Positions 23,104-36,505 are shown, counted from the whole stretch's first letter. The stretch: 63,328 nt of DNA, filler included, from Klebsormidium nitens (GCA_000708835.1; 6 parts of 6 records of this genome joined end to end with filler, not necessarily neighbours in it); one strand, 5' to 3'. The notes: generated from the letters alone by a model not told the origin. Numbers and translations: made by a program.

Positions 23104-24181
23104 CCGGAGGTGGCAACTCCAGTTTTAAAACAGACATTAATTGTTTTTTGGTGGCCTTAACATAGAACACTTGAAAACAAACATAGTCGGCGTTTTTCAT
23201 GCCATCGCTATGTAGCTGTTGTTCCGTCGTTTCCAAATCACTTCTTGTTTTCGAATTTGGACCCCCTCTCATAGAAGTAAAACGGTTTCAAAACGTATTA
23301 AAACGCCAAAATCTTACAACATGTACTTATCTGCGTGTTGGGCGAACCCTTGGAAAACTCGTTTTATAAAACAAACAAAACAGTAAAACGTTTAAAACGG
23401 GGCAAGTGACATAATCCAACATCTTATGGCCCTGTTTGGCCAAGAATTGAACACATGGTTGCTTCTCCTTTGCATAAAAGTTTGTGGCACGCACGAGGTG
23501 GCAACTCAAGTTTTAAACACCCCGTGTTTTATTCATCTTATTTCGTAAAAACCGCACAAAATCAAAAGCGTTGAGGTTTTATTCATAACCAACGGATAGA
23601 GCTCGTCAAGAGGCTCCCAAAACACCCCATATTTTTAAAAATGACCCCCCCTTGAATTTTAAAACAACTTTAAAACAGAATAAAACAGCTAAAACAGCCG
23701 CAAGACATGTGCGTCCAAGATGAGGTTCAAAATATCCCTGTTTTAAAAACAGCAAAACAACTAAAACGTTTTAAAAACCCTTCAGCGTAACATATTGGGG
23801 TTTTATTTGCGATAAGCTAATTGCTTTCAATCTGGATGGATGTAATATGTGCACGAAAACCAAGAAAAGCCTATAAAACGTAAACAAAACGTCTTTGGGG
23901 CGTTTTTCAACCATTTTAAAACGTTTTAAAACAGTTTTAAAACGGTCGAAGCAAGCCAAACGGGGTGTTTTACTCCGCACATGACATGTTTTCAAACGGG
24001 AGTTGCCACCCCGGGGTGGCACGTTGATATCCGCTATAAAAACGCGAAAAAACTTGCACTCTCTCATTTTTTTAAACCGTTTTTAAACCTTTTAAAAAGG
24101 CGTTTTAAAATGCAAAATCTTAAAACTCCCTGTTTTGGTTCGCAGATACCATGTTTAAAACCAGGGAGTTGCCACCTCGGG
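23104..24181. mobile_element. MITE (outer copy), 17-bp TIRs, 8-bp TSD CAAACAAG
   Basis: CCGGAGGTGGCAACTCC vs reverse complement CCCGAGGTGGCAACTCC. TSD at 23096-23103 and 24182-24189. AT-rich TTTTAAAA interior. Confidence 0.9.
23492..24015. mobile_element. MITE (inner copy, same family), 524 bp, 8-bp TSD GTGGCACG
   Basis: TIR core GGTGGCAACTC at both ends. TSD at 23484-23491 and 24016-24023. Confidence 0.9.
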
Positions 24182-24674
24182 CAAACAAGGTCAAGTTCAA
24201 TCTATTTAAAACGTCAGCAAAATACTTGTGACCCTCTGTACAACCCCACGGTTAGCTGCCTGCACATTGTACATTATGCAGCTCAGCTTCAAGCCAGTCC
24301 TTCTGCAATTTCGATATTGGGGCGCTGGCGTCAGACAACTTGTATCGTCGGTGGACGTTACCTCAAAAACTCTGTTTAATCCATCATAGAGAGTCGAAAC
24401 TCGGGCACTCTGGACGTCGTTCACGAGTCGATGACGACGGCTCATTATTGACATTCAAAATTTGACGGACCATTTCACTGTGAGAAAAGTTCACCCCCTG
24501 AACCGGCCGTACGGACGCCAAATCACCCCTGAACTTCCCGATCGATACTGGGCGGACCCTGAGAATTTTAGGGCTCGGCCGGGGTCCGTGAGGAAATTTT
24601 GCGCCGGCGCTGGTCGGACCCTAAACTAGGTCTCAACAATCAGCGTATTGTCAGGGGTAACGGCTCAATTGGCC

Positions 24675-25811
24675 GGGCCCCGGACCATGCATATTTCGAC
24701 TTTGATATGCCATATGCCAGCCGGAATTTTGGCCGTTATACCATATGCCAAGCGCCTCTTTCTGGATTATGCAATATGCAATCAGCATATATCATGATAT
24801 ATTCTCGTTTATAGGCGGGAAAATGGCCTCATACAGCTTGAAGACCCGACGAGAGAAACAGAAAATCAAGCGAATTTACTAGATGCTCGCCGCTCCGAGT
24901 CAGGCCGTTCTCTAGTATCTGCGGCGCCTTCAAAGCCGCTTTTGTCCCGTACGTTTTACAGATTCGCCGTTTGCAAGAACTTACAATTCGGCCATTAATG
25001 TGGCTGAATATCTGCCCAAAATCTAGAAGTGCGAGGGACTTCGACTGGTGAGCTCAATGAAACACGAATCTTCCGGCCGCATTTGAGGACTTTGGGGGAG
25101 CCCGCACTCAAACGCAAAGTTAAGCTGCAGTGCGAGCTGGTCCATTAATCACCTGAGCTGTATACGCCTCGTATATTTGGCTAAGTTTCTTGTTTAAATA
25201 TTAATAAACATACAGTTTTCGAGCTACTTTTCTAAATCCAACATCACATAACCTGCTGTATAAGCTCCACAATATCAGAAAGTACCGTATAATAGTCGGT
25301 ATATCTTTAGCTCAGAGCTTGTCGAGCAAAATACATAAGCGGGACATAAGCCAGCAGTTAGTTAAATACTTGTAACCAAAAGGCATTCAGAACCACAAAC
25401 CCTTAATATTAGACTATGTAAGACATATTGGCATATTTAAGATGCCAATATGCCGGATGCCAACACAGATTCTGGATGATATGCCGTAGATGCCTATTCA
25501 TTCTGGACCTTGAGGTTGCAGAGTCGTGGTGAAAGTTGCGAAAAGTAGCGGAAAGTCGCAAAACGTTGCGGGGCATTGCAAGCATCTAAACAAGTTAAAC
25601 ACAAGCTTGCTTCAAAACATGTTTTTCACTGTTGGTTTATAAGGTAGCGGTGAAGGTCGCGAAGTTCGCGGAACAAAGTTGCGGAGCAGTCGCATAAGGT
25701 CGCGCAGAGTCGCGGGCAATTCTAGCAACCTCCAAGCCCGGGATAGGCCTCCGTATGCCACGGCCCCAAAATCCCTATAGACCGTATGCCAATATGCATG
25801 GTCCGGGGCCC
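24675..25811. mobile_element. Non-autonomous TIR element, 1137 bp
   Basis: Perfect 21-bp TIR GGGCCCCGGACCATGCATATT. No TSD found and no coding capacity. Confidence 0.7.
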
Positions 25812-28789
25812 ATTTTATGCAAATCTCAGAAAGGCGGAGTGGGCGATTTTGACAGGTTGAGCCAGTAAATTAGATTCAAATGCGAGCTGACGGATAGGTG
25901 AAAGTGAGCTGATGGGCAACACCTTTCAAAAGCTTCACAATGAGAAGCGACAAACAATAGATCCATCCGGGCACATACTCGAACAACGTACTGTCCAGAG
26001 CCGAGGACCCACAACTACCAGTAAAGGCGCAAGCAGTATACAAGTCCTCTACACCCGGTCGTGATCTGCGTGATTACCAGATTCACGAGGCGTCACGGTG
26101 GTTTAGATTCTAACGGCTTCACATGCTACATGTGAGGCCAATCATATCAAATGACCAGAGTCCAGGAGGCCAAACTCGAAAAAGGAATTGCACGCTTGAA
26201 GTTTCCTCTGGTTTTTAAAACTCCGTTTAAGCTGGCCATTCCGGCGATGCACTTTCTCACATGCTAGGTTCACAGCGACAACATTCGTCGCTGCGGGCAG
26301 CTGCGACTATAAGCGTCATTTAAAAGGGACAACGGCTGCAAACAACGAGGGCCAAACCTGAAAAAAGAGTATGAATGAATATGTAAAGGATGACAACGAG
26401 AGCCAAACCATAAAAAATGAAAAACAAAATGGATGTGTAAAGCATGACAATTGAGTCGGGCTCAGACAATGTAAGTCCTTGACATCACAGGAATTTGAAA
26501 GCGGAAGGTAGTAGAAAGAGATGCAGATAAATCAAAACCGCCGTTCTGGAGCACGCTGTCCAGAGAGTCAATTTGCGAGGACGCAAGCAAGGGCTAGGTG
26601 TGGTTGCAAACTTCTACAAACAACTCAAAAAAAAGCCAAGCACCGGGTAGCAGTTCTAAATACTCTACAGTGGGCAGGCCTGCAGATTGGGCCAGCGGAA
26701 GCTTCGGCACTTCAGCGGAGGGTCACACTTCTGCACCGGACTTTGAGTTTGGCAGTGCAAAACACTTCTGTTCCATGAAAGGCAGCAAGGGAATCTGCAT
26801 AAACACAGAGGTTGAAGCTACGCAACCTCTGCTGACTTTTGGAGGTCCCATCATGTTTCTTTATAATTGTTTCAGCTGCTGACTCCAAGCGAAAGGCCTT
26901 TTAAACCGAAAAGAAAAAGTCTGCAACAACAACACTACCTCTTGCGGCGCTTTCCAAGCATCCTCAAAACCGACAAGTTTCATGAAGACAACAGACAAGA
27001 GGACTCACTGACCATGACCTCTTATCTTGTGGCCCTCGCTAATTACAACCAATCAGCACTCCAGCCTATTCAACCTCTGGATTGTCCGCTAGTGCTCGCC
27101 CGTCCGAAGTAGACCAGATGTAAGAAACACGGCAATCTCCTCTGCCCGACTTTTTGATCATGTACACTCCTTCTCAGAACAAAGGAGATATCAATCGCCC
27201 CTAAAAAGAAGCACTTCCTCCCTTAGAGAGGAAAGCGGAGCTTGTCCTTTTTATTGCAGCGCAAATGATGCACCCCGGCAAGCCTGTGCATAAATATCAA
27301 TTTGTATTTATTACAGTGTCGACTTCAAGTACCCAACGGCACTTAATCATCAATCGCAATCGATATTCTTTCAGGTCGATGTGAATACCTACAAATTTGA
27401 TCTCCTAAATTATCATGCAAGTTCCGGTACTTACATATCAACTTCAAGTACTTCAATATCAACTTCATGGAGTATGGTCGTATATCGGTTGCGGTTTGAA
27501 AACTTAAAGCCGGTTGAGCACATGAAGTCGTATGGCCAAGAATAATCAAAATGCTGACAGTAGAAAAGAGGCTCGAAAACGAGCCTATAGAGTATTAAAT
27601 TGTGCTTTCTGTGTATGCTGCCGAATGTCTCGTCACTTGTGTGGTTTTCTCGGTCTGTAACTCGGCGAGCATATTGCAGAAAATGCTTCGATGTCACTCA
27701 TTTTGAGCTAGCTATCAAAGTCTCAATCTAGTCAAGTACCTAAGTGTTTGGCTAGGCTGGCAGCTAATTCTGCGTGATACCCCCCCACTTTCAACCGTTA
27801 TTACAGTTGGAACGTCCGAGAACGGGGATAATGATTTGTACGCGGCTCTTTCCACGGATAAACGAGCATATTCTCCTGCCATTGGTTTATACTCATGAGC
27901 ACACGCCGTCGTGTGCTTCTATTACCGGTAACGTCCACCTCGTAAAAGGCAAGCCTACCGTACATTTATCCAATACGGTATTAAATGACTGACGTTGTGG
28001 CCCGTGGAAAACTCGCGGTGTACATATCATGTACTTCCAATAGCGCAGGCATTTCTGCCTTTAATACATTCCATCTTGTTGACGTACCAGCCTAGGGTTT
28101 TCGCTATACCGGTATGGTATATGTTATTCGTGGCCACAAAATAGGTACGCCGCCTTTACGAATTCGACAAGATCAATCGACCGGTGTCACAAAATAAACC
28201 ACTGCAAATATTTATAAATATTATAACAAGAAACAGTGTTGGAACTTGGACCGGACGGTATACTGTAGCGTATTTCTATCTTTGCCGGCGGCCCTGGTCG
28301 CTTCTCATCCGCCGGGCGGTCGAGCCTAGCAACTTCCTGCACATTTTGCTCACAAAACTGCCGGCGGCCGTCATCTAGCGGCCGGTGGATTGGGCCGTCG
28401 TTTACCGTCGGGAAAGTCTGGAGAGTCTCGGCGACAAACCTACGGTAGATTGCAATGTCCACTAGGGACCCTGTAGGTACCGTTCAGCTTTTTCCCAGCA
28501 GCCTGCTAGTTTTAGTGTCATCTAGGTAATCTAGATTAATTTCACTCAGCAACACACTGACTAGATTGACCTAACGTTTCCACTAAAAACAGGCAAATTG
28601 CTTGGGAGAAGCTGTAGTAACCTACGTTCTAGATGGCTTTGCTTCGACTGCCATTTTTTCTCGTTCGCTATAGTACGGTACAAGATTATTGCCTAGAGCC
28701 CGAGGTCGCTTGCGCTAGTCGCCTATGTCCAAAGCTTTGTGCCTTTGATTTGGGAGGTATCGCACCTTTGCACCTGCTTGCCTATTGAC

Positions 28790-30535
28790 ATGGAGGCTTT
28801 TTTGGATGCTATCATACTCGACGTGCAAGGCCTCATCGTTGACCCCACTATACCACCTGCTGATGTTCAGAGCCTCTTGCAAGTGATACAAGCCGTGCTT
28901 GATGCTTTGGATGGCCTTGCCAATCCAGAGCACCAAGAAGAAGAGCCTCCTGCTCTGCTTGATCCTCAGGAGTCAGAGATAGACCAAGCTCGAAGCTACT
29001 TGGAGATACGCTTCTCGAGAGGTGAAAAAGCTGGCGTCATTGCTAGAGAGGATGGAATCCATCGAACAACGTTAGACCGTTGTGTAACAGATCGGTAACC
29101 CACTGGGCTACGGCCGAAAAAACGCGCGCAACGATACTTTTTCTACGGCCGAATTACTATTTAACTAGTAATTCCGGACTGAGAGTTGTGACGTGACTAG
29201 GCCAGGGACTGAATAGCCTAGTAATGTCACACGTTGGATGAAGCGGGTTGGCCTCACTCAATTTGAGCACATGCCTCTTGAAACTCTTATCCGTCAAGTT
29301 GTGCCTGTTACTGAGGAGGGCAGGAATTGGGGGTATAGGATGGTGCAAGCCAGTTTGTCCACGTTGGGAGTTCGGATACCCGAAAGGCTGGTCTTAGCAG
29401 CGCTGCATAGGATTGACCCTGCTGCAGTTGAGATGAGATCTCTCACGAGAATGCGGGAGGGGGCACCACAATGTTGTCGAACCAATGCGGCTTTGGCATA
29501 CAGACTGTAAGTCTTAAGTTTTGCTTTTCGACTGTCATGCCTCATTCTTGTGATCAATTGGCCTGATCATACTTTTCCCTTCTTTTAGAAAACTTCATTT
29601 TGAGAGCCCAACGTTTAATAGAAAAGTCCTACATACCTTGCTCTAGTTACAATTGGTGGCTCAAACCTGGTTGACGTGGATGTTCTTCTGTTTGATGGAT
29701 TTATTATGCAATACATGCGTCCTGAAATATTTTGTCTCCCCTTGCAGCTTATCTTAGACTTGTAGTAAATGGCATTCAAGAACTTCAAAAGCTCACTAGC
29801 AGGTCTGAGTTTTTGCTTTGGACCTTGATTAGTTGATCCTGATTGGGCATTGGAATCGAAGACATTGAGTTGTGGACCCGCTTTCCTTAAGTTTCTTGAT
29901 TCCATTTGCTTTGTAAGAGCTCCATACGAGGCAAAGTGGATCCCTAGCAGTATGGTTGACTGACAGAAAATACTTTCTTCCACTTACTACGTGATTACTT
30001 TTCACTTTCGATATGCAATTCAGCCTGAGTTGCGTCAAAACCTAATATGATTGCCTATCATGTATTCATTAGAGAGTCATAGAAGTCAATATATCCGTTT
30101 TTGAGAAGTTGTTTATTCATGCAGCCTACCTCAAACTTGTAATGTATGGCCTTGTTGTGCACGGGGGTATTGATGGCGCTAGTCACTATGTGTTGTGGGC
30201 TACCGCTGCGTTTTCAACGAACAAGGAGGCTGCGTATGAAGGATACCAAGCAGCCGTGATGCGATTTGGTAGGCCAGCGCGGGTTAGAGCGGATCACGCT
30301 AAGGAATTTGCTCTTAAACAAGAGGACATGGAGACTCATATGGGTAGTTTTATAGCTGGCTCCTTTCAGAATAACCAGCGCATTGAGCACTTTTGGCGCT
30401 TCCTCTATGAAAAGGTAGCAGCTTTTTTCAAGCACGCATTTTTATCTATGGAAGCAAAGGGTGTTCTACATAGGGATAACCCTGTTCACATTGCTGCCAT
30501 TGTAGCCTCCTTTCTGCCCATCCTCCAAGAAGCCA
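28790..30535 (+). pseudogene. IS3-like (eukaryotic IS3EU-like) DDE transposase with N-terminal HTH; disrupted
   Basis: HTH-like IAREDGIHRTTLDRWMKRVGL, then GYRMVQASL, LWHTD, VHGGIDGAS, RFGRPARVRADH and NNQRIEHFWR. Intron 29507-30124 (GTAAGT...ATGCAG). Frameshift ~29460, insertion at 29083-29231, 3' end replaced after ~30535. Confidence 0.75.
29083..29231. mobile_element. 149-bp solo-LTR/TRIM-like insertion with 5-bp TSD CGTTG
   Basis: TGTAAC...GTCACA termini. CGTTG at 29078-29082 and 29232-29236. Removing it restores the D-R-W-M-K-R frame. Confidence 0.85.
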
Positions 30536-30821
30536 TGCCATGCCGGACCAGCGGCGTGCCGGAGGACGCGGCGCGCGTGCACCCGCGGCCGGAGCAGCGT
30601 AGGAAGGCCCAGCAGACATAGGCTATAGACTAGAGTATATCCTATATTCGATGTACACTAGGCTAGGCTTGCCGGAGGAACCGCGCCAATGTCACCATCG
30701 GCCGAGTTCAAACCATGATGAGACTAGCCGGAGCTAGGGCTTAGACTGTACATTAGTCTGAGACTAGGCTAGTGAAGTACTGTTAGTGTGACACTAGGTG
30801 CGAAATTTGCGACCGGATGTG

Positions 30822-31134
30822 TCATTCCTAAAGTTGCAAGTCTCTCTCTTGATTCAAGCAAATGGCGCCCGAGCTTCCTTCTCTCTCAGCCTGATCCAAA
30901 CAGCATTGTGTGCGAGCGTGGCGATCCTGTCGGCCAATTGCATGGTGATGCATGGCATGAGCGAGCCGGAGCATGGGGCTTTTGTTGGAGCCGAAGCAAC
31001 TTACATGAGCATGAGGAATCACCGAGCATGTGTAATGCTTGAGAGGTTATAAGCGAGTAACAAACCAACTATCCCTTTCCCCATCATGTCCTGTAGAACC
31101 TATGTATGGTTGCTACTTGCAACTTTAGGAATGA
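30822..31134. mobile_element. MITE, 313 bp
   Basis: Perfect 20-bp TIR TCATTCCTAAAGTTGCAAGT. Flanks TG/TG could be a 2-bp TSD. Confidence 0.7.
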
Positions 31135-32146
31135 TGGGTGGTGGCTGTTAGGTGCTTCTTGCAAGGTAGGAAGAAAGGGGGAACTTTGATTGGTCCAAAC
31201 CAGGGGGATCATTTTTCTCTCTGCAGCGGCAAGCGGTTTTTTTGGGTGCGCAAGACAAGCGGGGGTGCAAGGAGTTCAGGGCTCAAGGGTTCCTGTTCCA
31301 AGCAGCCACTGTCGATAGATCTCTCTAAGGGGGGTTTTTTCGGCAGCAAGTCACCACGGTGAGTAACCCTCAGCCTCAGCCATCGTCAGCGGTCCTCCGG
31401 CGGACTGCCCACGTGGTTCATTGAGCTAGGGGAGCACAGGGGTAGTCAACATTGCTTGAGTGAGCAGTGGGTGGGACCTCGGGAGCTTCTGCGGTTGGTG
31501 CTAGTAGTGCGCTGGAGCAGCTAAAACTACATCTCTGAGTGTGGGAGTAAGGTTTTTAACCTTTGGCCACAGGGAACCAAGGGTTTAAGGGGCATTTTGC
31601 AAACTCTTTGATTGCTTATGCAGCCTCCCTCTGATCAGCCAGCGGAAAGCAGCGGGGCTGAAGGAGACCCGCCTTACTTTCTTCGGAGGTTTGGGCAGGG
31701 AGCGAAGGGTGAGGAAATTTCCACGGCGCCAGCGGAAACCTCCGAGGGTGGTCAAGGGTCAGCTGAAGAAACCCCAGCTGGTGAGATCATCCCTGAACCC
31801 CCTCTTTCTACCAGTGGGTCAGAGTCGGCAGGGGAGCAGGGCAACACTGCTGTGCTTACGGCCGTAGCAGTCTCCTTCTTCGGAATTGAGGATTGGGAGA
31901 CAGTTGGGATATGGAGGAAACAGGGGGTAGGTCCACAGGGAGCGTCGGCGGATTGTTTAGTGGGCGCATAGGGGGCCAGAGTGTCACGGACCTTCGGCTC
32001 AGTTATGAAATTCGCCTGTAGCTTATCCGGTCTCGCCGCAGTGCTANNNNNNNNNNNNNNNNNNNNNNNNNNNNNNNNNNNNNNNNNNNNTTAATTAATT
32101 AANNNNNNNNNNNNNNNNNNNNNNNNNNNNNNNNNNNNNNNNNNNN

Positions 32147-32206
32147 ATATACATTGTGTGAACTTGATTGATTGAATATCACTTCCAACAACGCTGTGTT
32201 TCAACA
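32147..32206. repeat. Partial copy of the LTR at 35192-35537 (its right end)
   Basis: Near-identical to ~35480-35537, ending GTGTTTCAACA. Cut by the linker. Confidence 0.75.
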
Positions 32207-34319
32207 CGTCCTCTGTGCCTATTTTGCGTGGCAGACTCACTGAACTTCCGATAACGACGAAGACAAATAGTTTCCGCTTTACCTTCAACCCGTGGTACGA
32301 TTATGGATTCGAAGCTTCCAAATGCAATATTAATTGCAAGTCAAGCAGGAGTCGTGCGCAAGGGAATGATGTTCTCCAGCATGACCTTAGCGCATGTCGC
32401 ATTTTCCGACCTTATGGCGGTCGGATCTCGTCGTTCGTGCACAATTTACGGGCGGAACCCAAAACGGAATTTCCTGTATGGGTCATTCACAACCACTTGC
32501 GACCAATGGGTCGCTAGCTCGTTTTTAATCTGTTAGAATTTGGAAATTATGGTCAACCGAATCACTATGTGATTAGGGTTCCACCCGTGTCGGGTTTGAA
32601 CTAGAGGCCCCGGTGTGTTTGTGTACGGCGATTGGCGCTTACAGCATCAGGCGGTTTAGAGGTTAGGTAGAGGTTACACTGACGAGAGCGATCGTCAGTG
32701 TAAACCGTAGATGAGGTTATAAAAGGCTACGATTGAGTGAAACTGTGATCTAAGCCAATGAGCCTAGTCGAGTGTGACTTAGGCTAGGGAGCCTAGTGGA
32801 ACGGAAGAGATCCGTGGGGGAAACCGCTATTGTGATGCATCTTTTTGAAGGAAGTTTGTGGAGAAGGAAGCCGCTTGTGAGGCGCTTTGTGTGTTCGCCT
32901 TAGGATGCATGGCTGCCATTAATGAGTGATGAGCATGGGTGCCGGACAGCACGATAAGACCCAATGACGAGTAAAGAACTACACTACGAGTCCCTCACCA
33001 CGAGTTTTAGTTGGTTATGGGCCCACTGGGCATGGTTGTGAGGAAGGCGCATGGTTGCAAATTTGGTCGTCCGAAGGGCGGAATTTATGTGCTCGCGCCG
33101 GTGAGCCTATGAGGAAAAGGAGCGGAGAATCTGCTTTCTTTGTGCACGGGACCGCTACGGTGCAAAATGCGGCCGTGGCAAATCGCGCGCAATTGATTTT
33201 ATTGCCGGCAGACTCCGTACGATATTGCGACCGTACGGTCGATTTTCGACAGGTCAATTATGGGTACTTTGTAGAAACTCGTTGGTCGATCGTACCAAAT
33301 TACCCCTATCTTTTGACGGTCTGCACCGATATTGCCCCACATTGTCCAATTTTGCTTGTAAACTTGGGGTGTCATAGCTTGACTAATATAGGAGTTATAG
33401 GAAAGATACAGAGATGCCACCTTGACTGGGTGTTCATGCCTGATGTCCAGTAGAGCATGGAGTAATTTTCCGAGCCAGAAGTTACCTTTCTTACATGAAT
33501 CTATGCTAGATAGAGGTAAATGGAGGCAAAGGAGGAGCTTTTTTGAGAACACAAATTTGAAGTTCTGAGGAGAGCTTTTCACATCCACTTTCAGAGTTGG
33601 ATCTTCAAACTCATGACCGTTGCAATGTTGAATGAGTACCCGTCTTCCGTTGCACCTCCTGCCACCTGGAGTTCCCCATCAACCGGTCGGTTCTTCGGTC
33701 ATTTTTTGACCCTTCACAGCGCCCGGGGTAGCATGCTACGTGCAGAGGGCTGGTAGAACAATGTACGGAATAAGAATCTACCGGTAATAATGATGCTACC
33801 GCAACTTGTCCAAAGTACCGGGAGCTGATGTCAGAGAAGTTGGTACCGTTAAGCGTACCACCAGGCATGCAGCTGCTAGAAAGGAGACCGGCCGGTACGC
33901 GGGTAAAAATTAGGGCGGTGCCGACCGAGGGTAGTGTAATCAAGCTTACACCGGTTGTTCCATTAAAAACTCCGGCCGTAGCATACATGCTTTAGCTAGT
34001 CTAAGCGTTACGATTTAAGTTACCCGGTGAAACCACTTCGGGTCAAATTTTGAACACTCCAATTTGGGGCGAATCTGCCGCAATTTCCTACCAAAATACT
34101 GTCCATGTGGATTTTCTCTGCCGCAACGAGTGACCGGAATTGGCCCAAGTACAAAAATCGAATGGTACGGAACTCCGGCCAAATGACCCCGCTCGACGGC
34201 GCACATCTGCCGCAATCTAATTTGCACACCGTAGCTGTCCCGTGTGATCAAGCGTGTATGTAAAGGGAGATGGCGGAACACAAAATCTCGACTTTGCAAC
34301 TATTTGGTGAGAACGGTCA

Positions 34320-35875
34320 ACGTAGAAGGCCAAGTTCCGTGGGCAAACAAGCCCACGCTCTTTCCTCAAGCGTCCGGTTAACCGCTCTGCCAAACCGTTT
34401 TGTTTTGAGTGGCCCGCCGCGTCCGGTGCACCGTTGCTCTTCTCCCGAGGATGGCCGTCGACCCGCTTTGACGTGATCCCCATCCCGGTTCGTTTACGCC
34501 GCCTTCATCTTCTTTGCGAATTCAACAGGCAAACACGCTCTCTCTGACCGCCGCAACGTCGCGCTTTCGCTCGGTTGCACCACTGAAAGCTTTTATGGTC
34601 GTCAAGGAAAGTGGCCAAGTACCTACTCCCCCTCTTTGACTTTATCAGCATGGGCCCGCACACATCCATGTGCAGAACTCGAGGGGATCTTTACTATCCT
34701 TGGAGTCCGACTTCTTCAAAAAAGGGTTCACGGGTTTGCTATTCGATGATACAAGGTTCGCACACCAAGGTTCATTTCTCCAAGGATGCATTCGCTTTGA
34801 CTCCCATACCCCGGACCTCAACCATCGTGGCTAGGCTTTCGTAACTGGCGTGCCCAACCTCCGGTCATAACACAAGGCTCGCGGCTTCCCTCGCCAGCAA
34901 GCAAGTGTCCTTCCACGTTGGCTTCCGTTCGCAAACCACGGACCGGTTCTCCGCATTCTTCTGCGCACAAAGCACAATCTCTTCATCCTTGGAAACCTCG
35001 CACATCTTCTTACGCGACACAACCTCCGCTCCTATCGCAATGGCTTTCTTCACCGAGAAGAGGTTCGCAGCTACACCGTAACATAGGCACCTAAGAGGGA
35101 ATGTTGACTTGCTCAACTCTCGGCATCCGCATCGCAACTCCACCGTGCGCACCTCAACTACCTGAAGGAAACCCTTTGTCAAACATGATTATGTGGAGAG
35201 TCTGGCATCTAAGGACCGAATCTTTTGGTGATTCTAGGGTTTTAGTATTACAACGTCAACGGTAATCCGACTATGGTAGTTACGATCACACAGCTGAATA
35301 CGTGCGGGTTACAGCGCTATATCCGAATGACTTGGCGATAACCGTACTTATTAGCCTTTCGATGTTAGCCGTTGATGTATGGTATAGAGTGAAATTTTCG
35401 GACTTACTAGGTGACGGTCCACTGAGCCTACTATGCTAGAGTGTGGACCTAGAGAATAGGCCATGACTCCGAACACTCCATATACATTGTGTGTACTTGA
35501 TTGATTGAAATCACTCCAATAACGCTGTGTTTCAACAATTGCCCCTGGTGTCCTTGGCTCAAGCACCTCTAGATTTGTGAACGACCCCCGTCATGTGTTG
35601 GCTAGCCCCGAGAATCCACCTTCCGCCGGGGCTTCGCCCGTTTTCCGGCTACATAGGCAATCCCTCGCCGGCCCCAACTTCCCACTGCTTTGGGCTATCC
35701 CTCTTTAAATGGTCCGGACTATCGCATTCTTCCCCGACTTGGGCTCCTCCAGCTCGATAAACCGAGACAGACCGGCACTCTCTCTCAAAGTGCCCCAACT
35801 TATCACATCTATCGCAAGCCATGGAAGCCCTCTCTGGGCCACCCTTGCCCTTGCCGGCAAAGGTACCCCCTCGGC
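34320..35875 (-). mobile_element. Decayed Ty1/copia internal region: gag zinc knuckle, protease, integrase
   Basis: CDRCDKLGHFEREC (35816-35775), WI..GASQHMTG, ANLFSVKKA, GH..VCEPC, HMDVCGPM, RYLATFLDD and QNGLAERL. Many stops and frameshifts. Confidence 0.85.
35192..35537. mobile_element. Solo LTR (346 bp) inserted in the copia protease region
   Basis: TGTGGAGA...TTTCAACA termini. Flanks ATTA/ATTG (4 bp, one mismatch). Removing it restores the reading ...PGAIMFDKG. Confidence 0.7.
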
Positions 35876-36505
35876 TGATGAGATTAAGATTGATTAACGG
35901 CCAAATTGTTAAGATTAAGAGCAAGAACAGATGGGCCTCATGGAATTAAAATCAAAGAGATTGAGGTCTTAATGAAAGGGAAGCTGAGTGCATGGCAAAT
36001 CAAGAGGAAAGAGATTGAGAGCTTGGCAAATTTACAAGAAGGAAGTTGAGTGCATGGCAGACTAAGAGGAAAGAGATTGAGAGCTTGGCAGATTTACAGG
36101 AAAAGAAATTGAGTGTTAAGATACGGGGTTCTTTGACGGCCAAATTGTGAAAGTGTTAGGCGGAAATAGAGGGTAGTTTCGTTCTATTTCCATATGTTAG
36201 ATTTGGGAGGTACTAGTCTTGAGTAAACTCGATTGTCTTGTGATTGATTCGTCCGTAGAATCGTAGATTTGATGCAAAAGGTCGGCCGACCATTGTGAGC
36301 TTGCATGATTGAATGTCCACCGTAGGATGCGCGAAAAGTGAGCCGTAGGATTGAGTTCATAGTGAAAGGGTTCTTTTGTGATGCACTTCGATGTAGCCAT
36401 TCGATGGGTTCTTTTGTGGGCAACGACAGATACGGACCGTTGATTTGTCGATTGAAACACCTAGGGTTGACGCTTGGCTTACGCTAGGTTAGAAGACTTG
36501 GACTT
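35876..36505 (+). mobile_element. LTR-like sequence related to the LTR at 60957-61580; truncated by the linker
   Basis: Start TGATGAGATTAAGATTGATTAACGGCCAAA resembles the minus-strand start TGTTGAGATCAAAATTGATTGACGGCCAAA at 61580. Internal ~62-nt tandem duplication. Confidence 0.6.

Noticed and set aside
30536-30793. Possible solo LTR (TGCCA...TGACA) truncating the transposase
   Set aside because: The termini are suggestive but no TSD and no second copy were found.
31982-33030. LTR start TGTCACGG and a PBS-like TTGGTTATGGGCCC
   Set aside because: They are separated by an artificial linker, there is no CA end before the PBS-like motif, and no gag/pol follows.
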